From assembly GCF_026571515.1 (NCBI RefSeq), contig NW_026861420.1:1-64000 (forward strand): DNA of 64,000 nt. The letters run 5' to 3'. The DNA is from Ruditapes philippinarum. Its lineage: Eukaryota. Both the position numbers and the translations under genes were made by a program. A model generated the notes under the pieces. It was not told the DNA's origin. It ran no database searches and saw nothing but the letters and a program-made list of their open reading frames with translations. Of the stretch, positions 26,551 through 40,049 are shown piece by piece (positions within the stretch are counted from its first letter, which is position 1; each line of letters opens with the position of its first letter).

Positions 26551-27269
26551 ATTTACGTTTTCATTAGAATTGTAATTTGATCCTTAAAAGTGTACTTGAT
26601 GAACATTATCAGAAAAAAAATAAAATCTGTCATTGTTTGTGTAAAATATAGTATAAATTTCTAAAATGCCAGGAAGTTTTTAAATGTGCTAAATATTTTA
26701 TCTAATGTTATTCTTTTATTATCTTAATACCCCAATCGAGTTTACAAGGTAATAAAAACATTTTTACCAAACAACGTAACATTCAGGCAAGTCTACGTCT
26801 TCAAGACGTACATGCTGTTATGTCATTACTGTTGTTTTGTTGTTAAAGATATTTTACAAAAGATTAAAACATTAAGATGTATCAAATATGAAATTGATGA
26901 AGGGTTGAAAAAACTTTTGACATTGACATGAGTGATAAATCTCATAAATTATTTTAATGATTTTACAGGATTTCTTTTGAATAAGTTTTATTGATTTATT
27001 CATATAGCATCGGATAATGTTTTCTGTGGTATCTTTTAATAACCTTATAGAAAGATTTATCATACGATGTTCACTTCTAATAACATGTCGAAATATTTAT
27101 TTCTTTAAGTATTAGTGCATGACAAATGGGACTGCATAGTTGTCGTCCTACTTTGTTGATCTTTCCTTACATTTTGTTATAAATAGAAAAAAAACGTGCA
27201 AGCGTTTAAACACATTTAAATCAGTTAATGTAATCATTTTCATAAGACAGAAAAATTGACCTGGACTGT

Positions 27270-27470
27270 TATACTTGGTCTTCCGTCCGTCCGATCGTCC
27301 GTCTGGTAACAGTTTTCGTATCTGTTCTGACAATTTAAACTAGTGGTCAGAAATGTTAAATATAATGAGACGATGTGTAGAGTGCAAGTTTGACTTTCAT
27401 CAGGTCAAGGTCACACTTAGTAATTTTAAATGAATTTCAAAATTTCGTGCCCGCTTTGCATCTTTTGAAG
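27270..27470 (+). mobile_element. Degenerate Helentron-type non-autonomous element fragment
   Basis: (CCGT)n-like microsatellite ccgtccgtccgatcgtccgtc followed by a satellite-like segment with ggtcaaggtcaca. Same layout as the element at 32990-34072. Confidence 0.45.
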
Positions 27471-29260
27471 CGATAGAAAAAGATTAAAACTTGTTTGGGT
27501 TTTTTTTAATCAAAATTGGCACAGAGGAATACGCATTTAAGTTTCAATGTGTGAAACCACAATGCCTTTTTTGAGTTTTGATATTTAGCATGTATCATTG
27601 CATTAATGCCCTTTACAAAACTGATATGAATCGTGTCCCTTATTTCAATATTGACACCGGCCCAGGGTTCACTTGATTGATTTAGACCTAACGAACACTT
27701 TGAGACATATTGTGTGAAAGTACGATTATTTGGCATAGATATCCTTTTGTTTGCCACAAAAATAACTGGTATTAATCATGTCCTCAGGCCTCATTTGTCT
27801 CTTAGGTAATATACTTTTGAATAGGAAAGTGAACATGGTCATTGAACTGGTAAAAATCAAAATAATATAACTTGATATTTTTGCCATAATTGTGTTCAAT
27901 TTTGTATTTTAATATGACACAAAAAGTCAATAATCCACTCGATGAAGGGAATTTGATAATGTGTAATCAACAGTTTTCGACATTATCAATTATTGGTCTA
28001 CAACAATTACCTAAGTCAATCTTTTTAAAAATATATATAACTAATTTAAATCTGCTTGCCAGTGATGAAAAGCGTAAGTCACTAACTTAAAGGACAATTA
28101 TTCTTCAAAATATGTTATACATACGAATGTTAAATAATGGAAAAATTATGTTTACATAGATAATGCGCAGTTATGAACCATATTTCATAGTTAAACATTC
28201 ACTTTGATGAATGTTTTAAATAAAACAGAGAGTCATATAGAATGAATCAGTCATAAAAGACTGCAAATTTTAACTATAATAAGTGTTAAATCAAACAGCT
28301 TCCTAATATGTATAAACATAACAAAATTAACAAGGCATCTTTTAGATATTTGTTTCTTTGTTGGTGTGTAATACAAAATGCAATCAACAAAATAAAAACA
28401 ACAGCGACAACAATTGCACTCAAAGTGAAAGTGAAACCAAACAAACAAGGCAGACAAACTGTGCTGGAGACATGCATTACTAGTTTTGACTACATTGACA
28501 TCGTCAGAAATAAAAAAAAAAACAAAAAAAAAAAACGTTTACAACGTTAGACACAAAAGATAGTTTAAGATGTTACTTGAACATTTTTAATTTATCAAAA
28601 GACAGGCACATTTATTTTCTGTAACAATATTAAAACCATAGTCTATAAACGTTTACGTCATTATTAAATAATATATACTCTATCCGTCATCAATTAAAAT
28701 ATAAAAAAATGTTGTATCGTGGTACAAGCTTTAATAAAATAGTACATGTATAAAGTGTCATTAAAACTTGACTGATTTTTTCAAAAAAGAAGTCTTTCCA
28801 ATACATGAAAAAAATATAGTGAAAGATCACTGAGGGTAATATACAGAAACAGGAGCAATACAAGTGATATTCAACATTCATCTGAAATTAACACATTTAA
28901 ATAACTAAAACATGAAAAATTCTGTCAATTATTATGGTATTCATACTTACATAAGAAATACTTTTATATAATAAAAGATGTACGAGATCTATAGGAGATC
29001 TTTAAAACAATATAAAATAGGGAAACTGAAACTTCTTGTTGAAAATTTAAAAAAGCAAACTGTGACCTTAATTTACCACCAGATTTACTGGTTCATTCTA
29101 AAAGTTAAATCTAAATGATAATCTTTTAAGGAAAGTGACACGTTTCACAGGTTATCCTTTGTAGGTCTTGCATATTACACGTTATATGAATTCCATTCTA
29201 TTTATAACTGTTATCATCTCGGCCTCCAATCTACCTACATATATCACTCTTTTCACACTC

Positions 29261-31872
29261 TTATAACATTCTGTCACACTCTTCGTCGCCAAGAGAAGGT
29301 TTAAATGTCGGTTTGAGTGCCCCATTAGCAGCATACAGTCCATTAGCCTGTTCCTTGTCATTGGATATATTCATCTCATAAACAGTGTTGAAATTCTTAT
29401 TATTTTCCCGTCTGTCTCGACGTCTATGGCTTAACAGAGGCAGAAACATAAGAAAAGATGCCACCGTCATACATATGCCCGAGAGATAAAAAGAAAAAGT
29501 GTACTTTCCCGTGATGGTGAGTAGGACCCCTACAAGTCAAATAAAAATATTTTGTTAGAAATTGTAACAAAATAGCTCAAAAAGGAAGCCCCTAAACGAC
29601 TTGACTCGATTCGAAGAAGTGGTTGACGGTGGTGATAATTGCAAGCTTCCATCCGAGCCTCCTGGCACGGACTTAAGCAAAATTCAACACTTTAAAAATG
29701 GAATGGTAAAAGTTTGAATTTATAAACTTCCGCTGCATATGTATCCATACGGCGGTAATCATTAAGCATTCAATGGATCACGTTCATGCCATTTCATACA
29801 CGACTTGTAAATAAATACTATTGATGTGTGCTTACTTTATTTGTATAAATTTTTCATGACGGAAAATCAAAAACAATGCTGTCTGTTTTTAGAGCTCTTT
29901 ATCTGCTCTTTATGAAATTTGAAGTTACAATATAATTATGTATTTACTACTTCGTTTGATATATTTAAAGAAACAATTTTATGGCGCATCTGAATTATGA
30001 CTTACAATACAATGGTTTTATCCATGTATTGGTGATGTTTGTAACCGTAAACGCGGTATATTGCAACTCGTACACAAAGGAACAAGGGTTTAATATATAC
30101 CTGCCAATGGACCTCCGATAAGATTTCCAGCCGCTTTAAATGGAAGTGATAATCCAACGCCATCAGCGAACCTGTCGTATCCCACTATTTTAAAGATGAC
30201 AGCCTGGAGTAGTGCTCCAGTAACAGAGTAGAAAAATCCAACAAGTCCCGATAGTGTTAGCATCCCTGTCTCAGTCAGTAATACTGGAATAAGAAATATA
30301 CACACTCCTGTTGCCGTAAGGGAGAACGTATATAATGTAGTTTCGTCCAATCTTGGATGTTGGCCTAATAAACTGTATACAATTTTCCCCACAAACGTAG
30401 TTACACCAAACACCATCAACACAGTTCCAAACGTCTGTTCAGTAAACCCAACTTCTTTTGAGTAAGATGGCAAATGCAAAATGAAAATACCTAAACTTAA
30501 ATTAGTAAATATATTACTTGAACAAAATGATACAAAAGATAATTTTCTAAACAAAGATAAATTTACATTTTCTTTCTTTTTAACTGTATTAGATTGTATT
30601 TCTTTAACTTCATTAATCATTGATACTTTTCCTGACTTCAGTGGAAACATGGCAGTAGAACATGTGCAAAGATTAAAAGACAACGCCCCTAAAATGAAGA
30701 GCATTCCTCTCCAACTGTAGTTTTCCTGCAAATTGTTCATTAGTTGTGTATAAACAATAAGTCCTATATTATGTCCCGTCGATGCTATCCCTGTTGCTAT
30801 GGTCTTGTATTTGTCAAAGTATATATTCATCACAGCCATGCAAGCTATATAGTTTAAACCCAGACCGAAACCTGGAAAATATAAAATGTCATACAAAATA
30901 TTTACACAACTATATGAGACCTCTCCATTTTTATAATCGCATGCCAATCATTCGTGAGTGTGAATTGTCGCACCAAAGTTATCTTTTACCTTTTCATTTA
31001 TCGGCCTTCGTAAAATAAATAGAAAATTAAAATTGATATGCCAAAAAGTTTTGAAGTTTAGAACGACAAACGGGAAAAAGTCGTGTTGTTGCGATATTTG
31101 AATATTCGCGCGGTAACAAATAATAGTAGCAGAAATATGTTATACAATTTGTAGTATAATTGTTCAGCTGATCTGAATATCCGGGTCTTAAAATAAGAAA
31201 TAAGATGTGATACACATATAATACCTGTGAGTAACCCATGAGTGAAGAACAGATATTCAATACTTTCAGCAAAGAATCCGAGAATTAATCCTGCTGCTGC
31301 CATGATACCACCAATAAAAGCACACTTCCGACATCCAAATCTATTTGTGATAACACTCCCAAAAGGACCTAAAAAGGAATAAGTTTGTGTATAATTAAAA
31401 ACGAATAGCCAATTGTTTGAATAAAGATGTACAAATAGACTTACATTGCATTTTATTTGTTCCTGTCGTTTATTTTCGTCAATATTGACGGTCATAAGAG
31501 AATTTCCTAGCTAAACTGATTGAGAAGGACCTCAGTTACCGTTGTTTTTTTTTTGTATTATTTCCGGCAAAACGGGTATTTGATTCGATACAATCATATA
31601 GAATATGGTGAACTGGCCGACGAGATTTGACCAAAAATGTATTGAAATTGGCTAAAAGAACAAGTAAACATAATCTTACATGCAAAATACCACATTGTCA
31701 TCGGTAGAGAGCACAGCCATGAGATTACCACGGGGTCGGAATTAAGCGCTTCTTTAAAAATAACATAGAATATTCCGCTTGAAAATATAACACCACCTAG
31801 AATTGTCTGACAGCATATTACACTCAATAATATGCACCAAGCCCATCCTCCATCCTTTCGTATGGCTATCAT
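29261..31872 (-). CDS. Monocarboxylate transporter (SLC16/MCT family, MFS), 4 exons, ~458 aa
   Basis: Exons (-): 31680-31872 (DGGWAW family motif), 31225-31368 (NRFGCR), 30101-30871 (YFDKYKTIATGIASTG, YSWRG, GGPLAG), 29261-29529. GT-AG, all phase 1; 1377 nt. The start codon is less certain. Confidence 0.88.
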
Positions 31873-32989
31873 TGTTCACAATACAAAGTTCCTTTTAAAC
31901 TATAAAGTACAACTTTCTGGTATCCAAAATTCCTTCTCTTTATTTACATCTAGTTATATTGAAATAATTTTTTATCCTTTGTTAAATCTTATTTTTTTTC
32001 CTGCTTCATTTCAAAGGGTATGTAACAAGTGTCGGGGAATTTCTCCATTATTATGTAATTATACATTTTATAAATAAGTGTCCTTGTCGGAATATTACAA
32101 TCATGGTATATTTGAATGTCTCTAAACAAATAAAATGTACTTAGTGCATCAGATAGCGATTAAAGCGACTTAAGAATGTACTAGTACCTCATCCATGTGG
32201 TAAATTTACAGCTGATATCAATTACATACAAATATAGTTTGCCGTGGCTATTGTAGTTTAATAAGATGAAGAAGACAATGAACTCATGGTTTTGTTTTTC
32301 TTTTTCCTTTGTATGATGTTATGATAATATTGTTATACATGTAATTCAACACTATTGAGCCCACATGACCAGCCCACGTGGCCAAGATGTAGATATTGAT
32401 GATATATGCTAATCTGTTGCTTTCTCAACACTGATGCCTTAAAATAAATAACAAAGATTTTTTTTATTCCATTTTCATGGCTGGGTTTAAGTCACACCGA
32501 CACAGTAAAATGTAATTTGGCGACTTTCTAGCTTGGCTGTCAGAGAAGGACAGCAGGTGCTCCCTCCCTGCATTATATGATATCACAATCAAGCATCTTA
32601 GAAGAACAGTCTAAAGGAATCCAAAGTACCTGGCAGGATATGAACCGCCAGCGGGGAAGGCAAGGGCAAGAAAATCGTTAATCATCTTAATTACTTACTA
32701 TGTAAAATGAGTTCAACTGCCTTTTGTTTTTTAAAATGTCAAAGATATATGTGCGTTTTCTTTATGTCCAGTTCAATTAAATACAATTAAAGGACATACC
32801 CCATTTTAGTGATACCTATTTAGGTACAATCGATTACCATATAAAACAGAAAATGGAAATTAACAACTGAAAGTATACCGGATTTTGATGCAGTACTTAA
32901 TACTGCAATCGTTTACATTCGGACATTGATGGTTTAGTGATATGAATGATATTGAAGCCGGTGCACGAGTGCAGGAGAGATCTTTCATC

Positions 32990-34072
32990 TTTATTGTGCC
33001 CCCATGTTAGTGGCGGGCATTTAGATTTACCCTTGTCCGTCCGTCCGTCCGTTCACTTTTGTGTCGCACGTAACTCAAAAAGTATTTGACCTAGAGTCAT
33101 GAAACTTTACAGGAATGTTGATCGGCATGTGTAGTTGTGCACCTGGGTATTTTCGTCTAGATATTTTTAGTATTTTCAGAGTTATTGCCCTTGACTTAGT
33201 AAAATTTTGCAATTTTCAACTTGTGTCGCATGTAACTCAAAAAGTATTTGACCTAAAGTCATGAAACTTTACATGAATGTTGATCAGCATGTGTTGTTGT
33301 GCACCTGGGTATTTTCGTCTGGATATTTTTAGTATTTTCAGAGTTATTGCCCTTGACTTAGTAAAATTTTGCAATTTTCAACTTGTGTCGCATGTAACTC
33401 AAAAATATTTGACCTAGAGTCATGAAACTTTACAGGAATGTTGATCAGCATGTGTAGTTGTGCACCTGGGTATTTTCGTGTGGATATTTTTAGTATTTTC
33501 AGAATTATTGCCCTTGACTTAGTAAAATTTTGCAATTTTCAACTTGTGTCGCACGTAACTCAAAAGGTATTTGACCTAGTGTCATGAAACTTTACAGGAA
33601 TGTTGATCAGCATGTGTAGTTGTGCACCTGGGTATTTTCGTCTGGATATTTTTAGTATTTTCAGAGTTATTGCCCTTGACTTAGTAAAATTTTGCAATTT
33701 TCAACATGTGTCGCACGTAACTTAAAAAGTATTTGACCTAGAGTCATGTAACTTTACAGGAATATTGATCAGCATGTGCAGTTGTGCACCAGGTATTTTC
33801 GTCTGGATTTATTTAGAATTTTTAGAGTTATTGCCCTTCACTTAGAAAATTTTTGCAATTTTCAACTTGTGTCGCAAGTTACTCAAAAAGGATTTGACAT
33901 AGTCATTAAACCTTATGGGCAGGTTGCTCAGCATATTTAGATTTGCACCTGGGGTTTCGCTTGTGGATTTATCCAGTATTTGTAGAGTTATTTCCCTTGA
34001 CTTAGTAAAAAGATTGACAGAACAGTGGCGCGGTGGGGGCACCCGTGTCCTATGGACACATTTCTAGTTTTT
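32990..34072 (+). mobile_element. Helentron-associated non-autonomous element (HINE) carrying a satellite array
   Basis: T-rich ends; sub-terminal inverted repeat gtgccccca (32996-33004) / tgggggcac (34034-34042); (GTCC)n microsatellite at ~33035-33052; 3' hairpin gtgtcc-tat-ggacac (34045-34059) followed by ctagttttt. This is the known architecture of bivalve HINEs. Confidence 0.85.
33061..34010 (+). repeat. ~5.9 x 161-162-bp satellite-like tandem repeat
   Basis: gtgtcgca starts units at 33061, 33223, 33385, 33546, 33708 and 33869. The last unit is the most diverged. Confidence 0.95.
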
Positions 34073-34888
34073 ATCTCATCACACTTAGTGTACTATTTTA
34101 ACCTTTAAATTTGTATAATTATATATCAGCTCTTTAAAGAGAATTTAATAACGACCGCTTCAAGGTGACAAATAGCGTAGTCACCATTCAACATTTTAAT
34201 TAGTTTAATGTGGTATGTAGATTATTATATCTTTACTGTATATCGGCGTTTACCTTTGTATTATCGCATGGTTTGGAACTTTTCCTTTGTTCTTACTAAC
34301 CCATTATACTCAGTACGCTTCAATGAGCATTTGAAAACTGTATTGATATATAACAGTACAGTTTTTTCATTGATTCATATAGGAAAAAATCTGGACTGTT
34401 ATGTAATAGTTACCGTACGAGGAATAGGTCTGCATAGTATTTACAGACCCGGGTGGCGATTTGAAGAACGAGAGAGCGTAGCTATCTTACCTACATGCTC
34501 TTTTGTTTTTCTATCCATACATCAGTTTTTAACTCAGTATTTATTAATATTACTCACAAGAAACAAATTATTTATGTACTTTATCATGTTTGAGAAAGCA
34601 TCCCAAAGTCAAGCAAAGATACCATCCGCTACGCTCTTGTAATTCATTCGTTCACAAATCAGGGGATATTTGAATATTATCGTGATTTTCGTGGGGTTTC
34701 ATTATGTATAACAAGGTCAGGTAATGTACTTGTTGAGTTTAGTCACAGAAAATGAAAACAGAACTTGTCGAGTAGGGAAAGGTAAGATCATTGTTTTGAT
34801 ATATGGATACATAACATATTAATAATATAAACAAATATTGAGGTAGATAAAAGTGTTTACTAATCATAAAAACGGAACAATAATATAA

Positions 34889-37110
34889 TTTCAACGCAAT
34901 ACTGGTATATTACAAAGTGACACGTTAAACATATATTATAATCACAATGGTCAATTAATGCTTTTACCTATACTAATTTCTACATATCCCCTGTATAATA
35001 AATACTCGTACATAAGATATATATGGAAATCAGTATGCGTTGTAGAAATGTTTTCAATCAATACAACAATTATCCGTTGTATAAACATGATATTATGTTA
35101 TTCAATGGAAAAAAGGTTCATTTTTGTTAAAGTAAGTTTATAATGACATATCAGTACTAAACACTAATTTGAGAAAAGAACAATTAAAATCAGTGAACAT
35201 TTTATTTATTTATTTATTTATTTTTGCAATTCCGTTATATACCAATATATGCTATTTTGAGCAAATTTAAACAGAATAATATTTTGCAGTTTATAAATTA
35301 CGCAGTATTGTTAACTAAGACATAAATAATTCGTGTATAAAAGTGACATGTTTTTATAATTGTTACACACCTTGTTTTTTGATATATCATTAATTGTGCA
35401 GAGCATTTTCATACCACAAGTTCACATGCAAAGTATTAATTTGGATTTAATACCAATAAAGTAAAGGTCATATTCTTCTATTAAGTTTCTAACAAAAATC
35501 TGATAAATACTGTTTAAACAGCATGACATGTATTTTAACTAATATTTTATATTTATATAAAAACTACAGATGCAATAAAAATGATCATACCTTTTTATAG
35601 ATGTCCTTTTTTATACAGCTAACGCCGTTTTTATCTTAAATCAAATTATGCTGACACAATACCAAATGATTCTACAACCTTAAAACGATATGTCCGGTAT
35701 TTGAATACTACAATATGCACTTTCCACATGCTAGTAATATTAACGTATAGAGTTATTATAAACCTTTTTATACACAATATGTCAGTTCTGACCTATTAAC
35801 TACAAGGTTGAAATAAATCTAGATAGACGTGTTTGTATAGACAAGACTGTCCTACCCCTTTTAACCTTTCAGTTAGTAACTTAAAACTGAAACATGATAC
35901 ATTGTTCATTGCTCGTACATAAAGTGTATCCGAAATCTTATATACTTATTCAATTAATATACACTTTATCCCTTGGATACCTTTTGCCTTGAATGAATAA
36001 ATCTTTTCTAACTTATTTAAGATAAAAAAAAACAATAAATCAATTATTTGAAAGTATTTCATTAACATATTTTATTTCTTAGAATATATAATATACATGT
36101 TACAGTTTACAATCTATACAAAGCATTACAAATAACCTCTCAAGACATGTTTAGAATGGAAAACAAAGTCTTTTTAATCATGACTTAACGTAAAGTGGTG
36201 TAAGTAAAATATAATGTATTTGATATAACGTTTCATCGTTAAAATATGATTAGATCTAAATTATAAGTTGGCTTGTTCTTTCTTTTTCATTACAACAAAT
36301 AGTGCCGAAAACACTATATTGTATGTTGTTTATCTTAATAATATGATTGGATTCATGTTTTTTTTTTATCTAGAATCAGCTTTCAAATGGTATGGTCAAG
36401 CAGTGAGCGTTAAAGCTTGAATGCCCTCAATTGAATATTGTTCTCCGTCAACCTGTTTGAAGTGGAACTTCTGCAACAAGTTTGCAAATATCAGAAACAA
36501 CTCCATCCTTGCCAAAGGTTCTCCGATACACAATCTGGGTCCTGCAAGAATAGATATTTCCTGAGAGATGGAAGCGTCTGACAAAAAACTACATCTCCGA
36601 TTTAGCTCACAGGATTATATAAAAGTTAATTTAATTTTATGTTTGATCAACTTGTTATTTCAGCGACAATGTTCATGGTTATTTGAAATTATTAAGGCCT
36701 TACTAGGAGAGAATGACAACTAAAGAACCATTTTGTATGAGTATCCTTTGATACTTAGTTGTGATATGTATCTCAAATGACTAACACAGCACATTTCTGA
36801 TTATACTGTCATTTCTTATACTATAAGTTAAAGCAAATGGAATGTATGCCAATCCTAGCACTTATTAATGACATACATATTTTCATTTCCAGCATCTTCA
36901 TTCTGTTATGATTTAGTCGGTAATCAAAAGACTAATGTTATACTAGTAGCTTTCAGAATAAGATTTGCTCGAGGTCGCTAATAGTTGTATATGTCAACAC
37001 AAACTCCTAAAACAATCGGTATAGAAATTGTGCCGAAAATAGGAGCGTAAATTCATTTTCTTTACAATAAATAAAAAAATAAAGACAACTAGGAATGTGA
37101 CTGTAGGACA
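34889..37110 (-). repeat. ~2.2-kb segmental duplicate of 44637-46913 (CYP last-intron end, last exon, 3'UTR and downstream DNA)
   Basis: Colinear high-identity match, e.g. gacacgttaaacat..atcacaatggtcaa at the left end and aatgtgac..taggaca at the right end. Confidence 0.92.
36366..36541 (-). pseudogene. Orphan duplicate of the CYP terminal exon (heme-Cys exon) with a nonsense mutation
   Basis: [26 protein letters not shown]... TTA(Leu)->TGA at 36396-36398; ancestral stop at 36366-36368. No upstream CYP exons between here and the SULT gene. Confidence 0.88.
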
Positions 37111-37394
37111 CGTATTATGTCCCAATTTGACAATAGTTCAGATCTTTTTATTTCTTACATCTATGCGTGTATGTCCCACTATTTTGCCATCTGGCCAATG
37201 TGACGAACTGATAGGTGCAAATTGATAAACACCTACGCGCGTACGTAAAGGAGATATAACAACACTCATATCTGTAAATGATTCGCACTAGGCCACACAA
37301 CTGCTGACATGACGCTCTTCAATACATCATGTGACATTAAATATATACTCGTTTATATTATGATTATATCATTTAAATTTGTCAACTTGCATTA

Positions 37395-38217
37395 ATATTT
37401 TAAAAAAGTGGGATACGACAGGTTCGCTGATGGCGTTTGGTTTATCTATTCCATTTAAAGCAATCGGAAATTTAATCGGGGGACCATTAGCAGGTACATT
37501 TAACTGTTGCTCCATCGTCGCCTTTTGCACGAGTTATATTTGTCTTTGTGAGATAGTGCACTTCAAAAAGGATAAAACATTTTCTGTCATTGATTATACT
37601 GCACTAATTTATCATGTCCCTTTATATTTTAATACAACACAAATCTTGCTGACGTTGTAGATTTTTTAAACTTTTAAAGTAAGAATTGAAAGAAGTAAAC
37701 TTTTTATATTATGCATGCACGACTATATGTGACTGGAGATGGAATGGGACAGAACTATTAAGAATGTATGTAAACTTGCGGTAACTGCCTTGCAACGAAA
37801 TATAACTGGCCGAGATTGGTAGTAATGAGCAAAACAATTTTGATGCAAGAGCATCCACGCGGCGATGAAGATAAGCCATTATCGCATGTTTTTAAAGTCA
37901 TAACAAATTACTTTTGTCTTTCAGGAGTTTTACTTACCATCACGGGGAAATACACTTTTACATTTTATCTCTCGGGGATATGCATGACAATTGCATCATT
38001 TCTAATGTTTCTGTCTCTGCTAAATCATAGACGTCAAAACAAATGGAAGAAGAACAGGAATTTTAATACTATTTATGAGATGAATGTATCTTATAGCAAG
38101 AAACATGTAAATGAAGATAAAGTTGCAGATAGAATGGATGTAACGATATGTAAAGACAACATTGATGCTAAAGAATGTATAAGAACATTGTTAGATAGTG
38201 GGAAGAATGATCTCTAG
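37395..38217 (+). pseudogene. 5'-truncated inverted MCT/SLC16 paralog (end of exon 3, intron, exon 4)
   Basis: 37395-37493 encodes KVGYDRFADGV/GLSIPFKAIGNLIGGPLAG with a 1-nt insertion. Donor gtacat at 37494, acceptor ttcag at 37924. Exon 37925-38217 (GVLLTITGKYTFTFYLSGICMT...) is homologous to 29261-29529. Confidence 0.87.
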
Positions 38218-40049
38218 GTAATCATTTACAGGGTGAAGTGATTGCGGTAAAACAAGGAGGAATTCAAGTTAGCTGTGATATATAAGTTTCACATTTTATG
38301 AGTAACCATAAATTAGTTCATATTGTAATGTTTATACATAAATGTATTTAATTTCAGAAACTAAAAGTTCCTTTCGCTTTCTTAAACTACGCAGACCGAT
38401 GCTGAAGGGTTTATTTTTATTGAACATACCCACCAAATGAGTCTTGTTTCTTCTCCTGGTAAACATGCATGGTTTCCCCGAAATCAAATTGTTCACTCGA
38501 CAATATTTTGAATAATTTAAAAACTTTTAAAGAAATTATTTATGAAATTCATTTTAATTATATTATAATTATTATTCACAAAAAACAACCATAATATAGT
38601 AGGTTATAGCTGACTCCATAAAATAGCTTTACGTGCATTATTTATTTTCTTGAGAATATTGAATATTTCAAACAGTTTCTAAAAATTAAGTTACTTTATA
38701 ATTATTTTTCACAAATACCAAGCAAATTATCAAACAGGTTGCATACACTCGAGATCTCCACCTTTTTCAATTTTTATACTGAAACCATAAAAGTGCCATG
38801 TGCAGCTTTAGAAAGTTGTCCCGTACTTAACACCAGTGATGCTCCAGCAGTCCGCCTTTTCCAAAAAAAGGCGTGCCAAGCATGTACAAACCGTTAATAA
38901 TTAATAAAGCAAATGATCAAAGATCCACTTGAATTGTGTTATTACTGTCATAGCTCGCACGCAACTTAAGACTGGAGAAAATATGAGCATAGTGGTACAA
39001 ACAGAGTGGAAATGTCGCTCAAGCGTTTCCATTGGCCGCCGCACTTATTCAAAGGTCCATTTTATAGATTGCAGTGGGGTTTGGGAACAGGTTTATCAGT
39101 GTTCAAAAACTGTATCAGAACATCCTTGTAGACAGAATAGTTACGAATCTATTAAGATGGCAACCATCATGTACCTGATATGACCAAAGGCAGAGGCTCT
39201 TAACTTTTCAAAAAATTATTGATCGATCCATCTAGTTGTTCCCAATTGGTGCATTGAAAATACCTCTACAAAACCCAATAACCCGCTCCCTGATTGTGTC
39301 ATCTTCAGGCTTGACTGCATATAAAAGCACTACAAAGCGGGTAGTAAAAATGTCTTTTAGCTGATATGATAAATCTTGATTGAGTTGGTTTCGGGAAATA
39401 ACTCTTCGTCCGCCTGCAGCGAAACCATATTAAAAGTATTGAAACACGTTAAAGTGAAAGCATCCTATAGACGGTTTTCTTTTCGATTCTAATGCAAGGC
39501 CACAGTAGTAAGAAATTCCTGGACATCTAAGTTTTATTTTTAATTTAAATTTAAGTTAAATTTATTTTTGCGAATTACAGAAGAGGTCGTGGTGGGGCTT
39601 AGAAGAGAACTAAATATGGACAAGCTGTAATGTTTCAATTCGTAGGGAGTTTTCCAGTGAGTGCTTCATCGAAAATGAAGTGAAACTGGATTTTAAAGAA
39701 AGCATAACATGACCGACTTCTTTTTACATTCATGTTTTATTAGAGGTTTTCAGAATAAGATTGAAAATTGTTTGTTATAGTGTCTACATCAATTAAAGTT
39801 TCTGGGTTCAAATAAAATACAACTTCCCCTTTCTAAGTTAATAGCTCTCTCTCACACACATTTCATTTTAATGTGTGTACGTGTGAGCGTGTGTACGCAT
39901 GAAAATTAACATCATATAAACAAATACATTTAATATTGTTATGTAAAAAAGTATAAACAAATATTTGTATAGCATTTATAAAAAATGATGTTCTAAAAAA
40001 GACTGAATTATAAAGTAAGTATAACAATGCATTTAATGTCTCAATGAAT

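Noticed and set aside
34208-34642. 144-aa ORF and the many other 60-100-aa ORFs in the track
   Set aside because: No motifs, low-complexity F/L/I/K composition expected from AT-rich non-coding DNA, or antisense shadows of real exons and repeats.
38780-39650. GC-richer, decayed-coding-like segment with a DGCHLN (SGNH-like) motif on the minus strand
   Set aside because: No continuous frame or second motif I can verify. It may be an old TE fragment, but this cannot be supported without a search.
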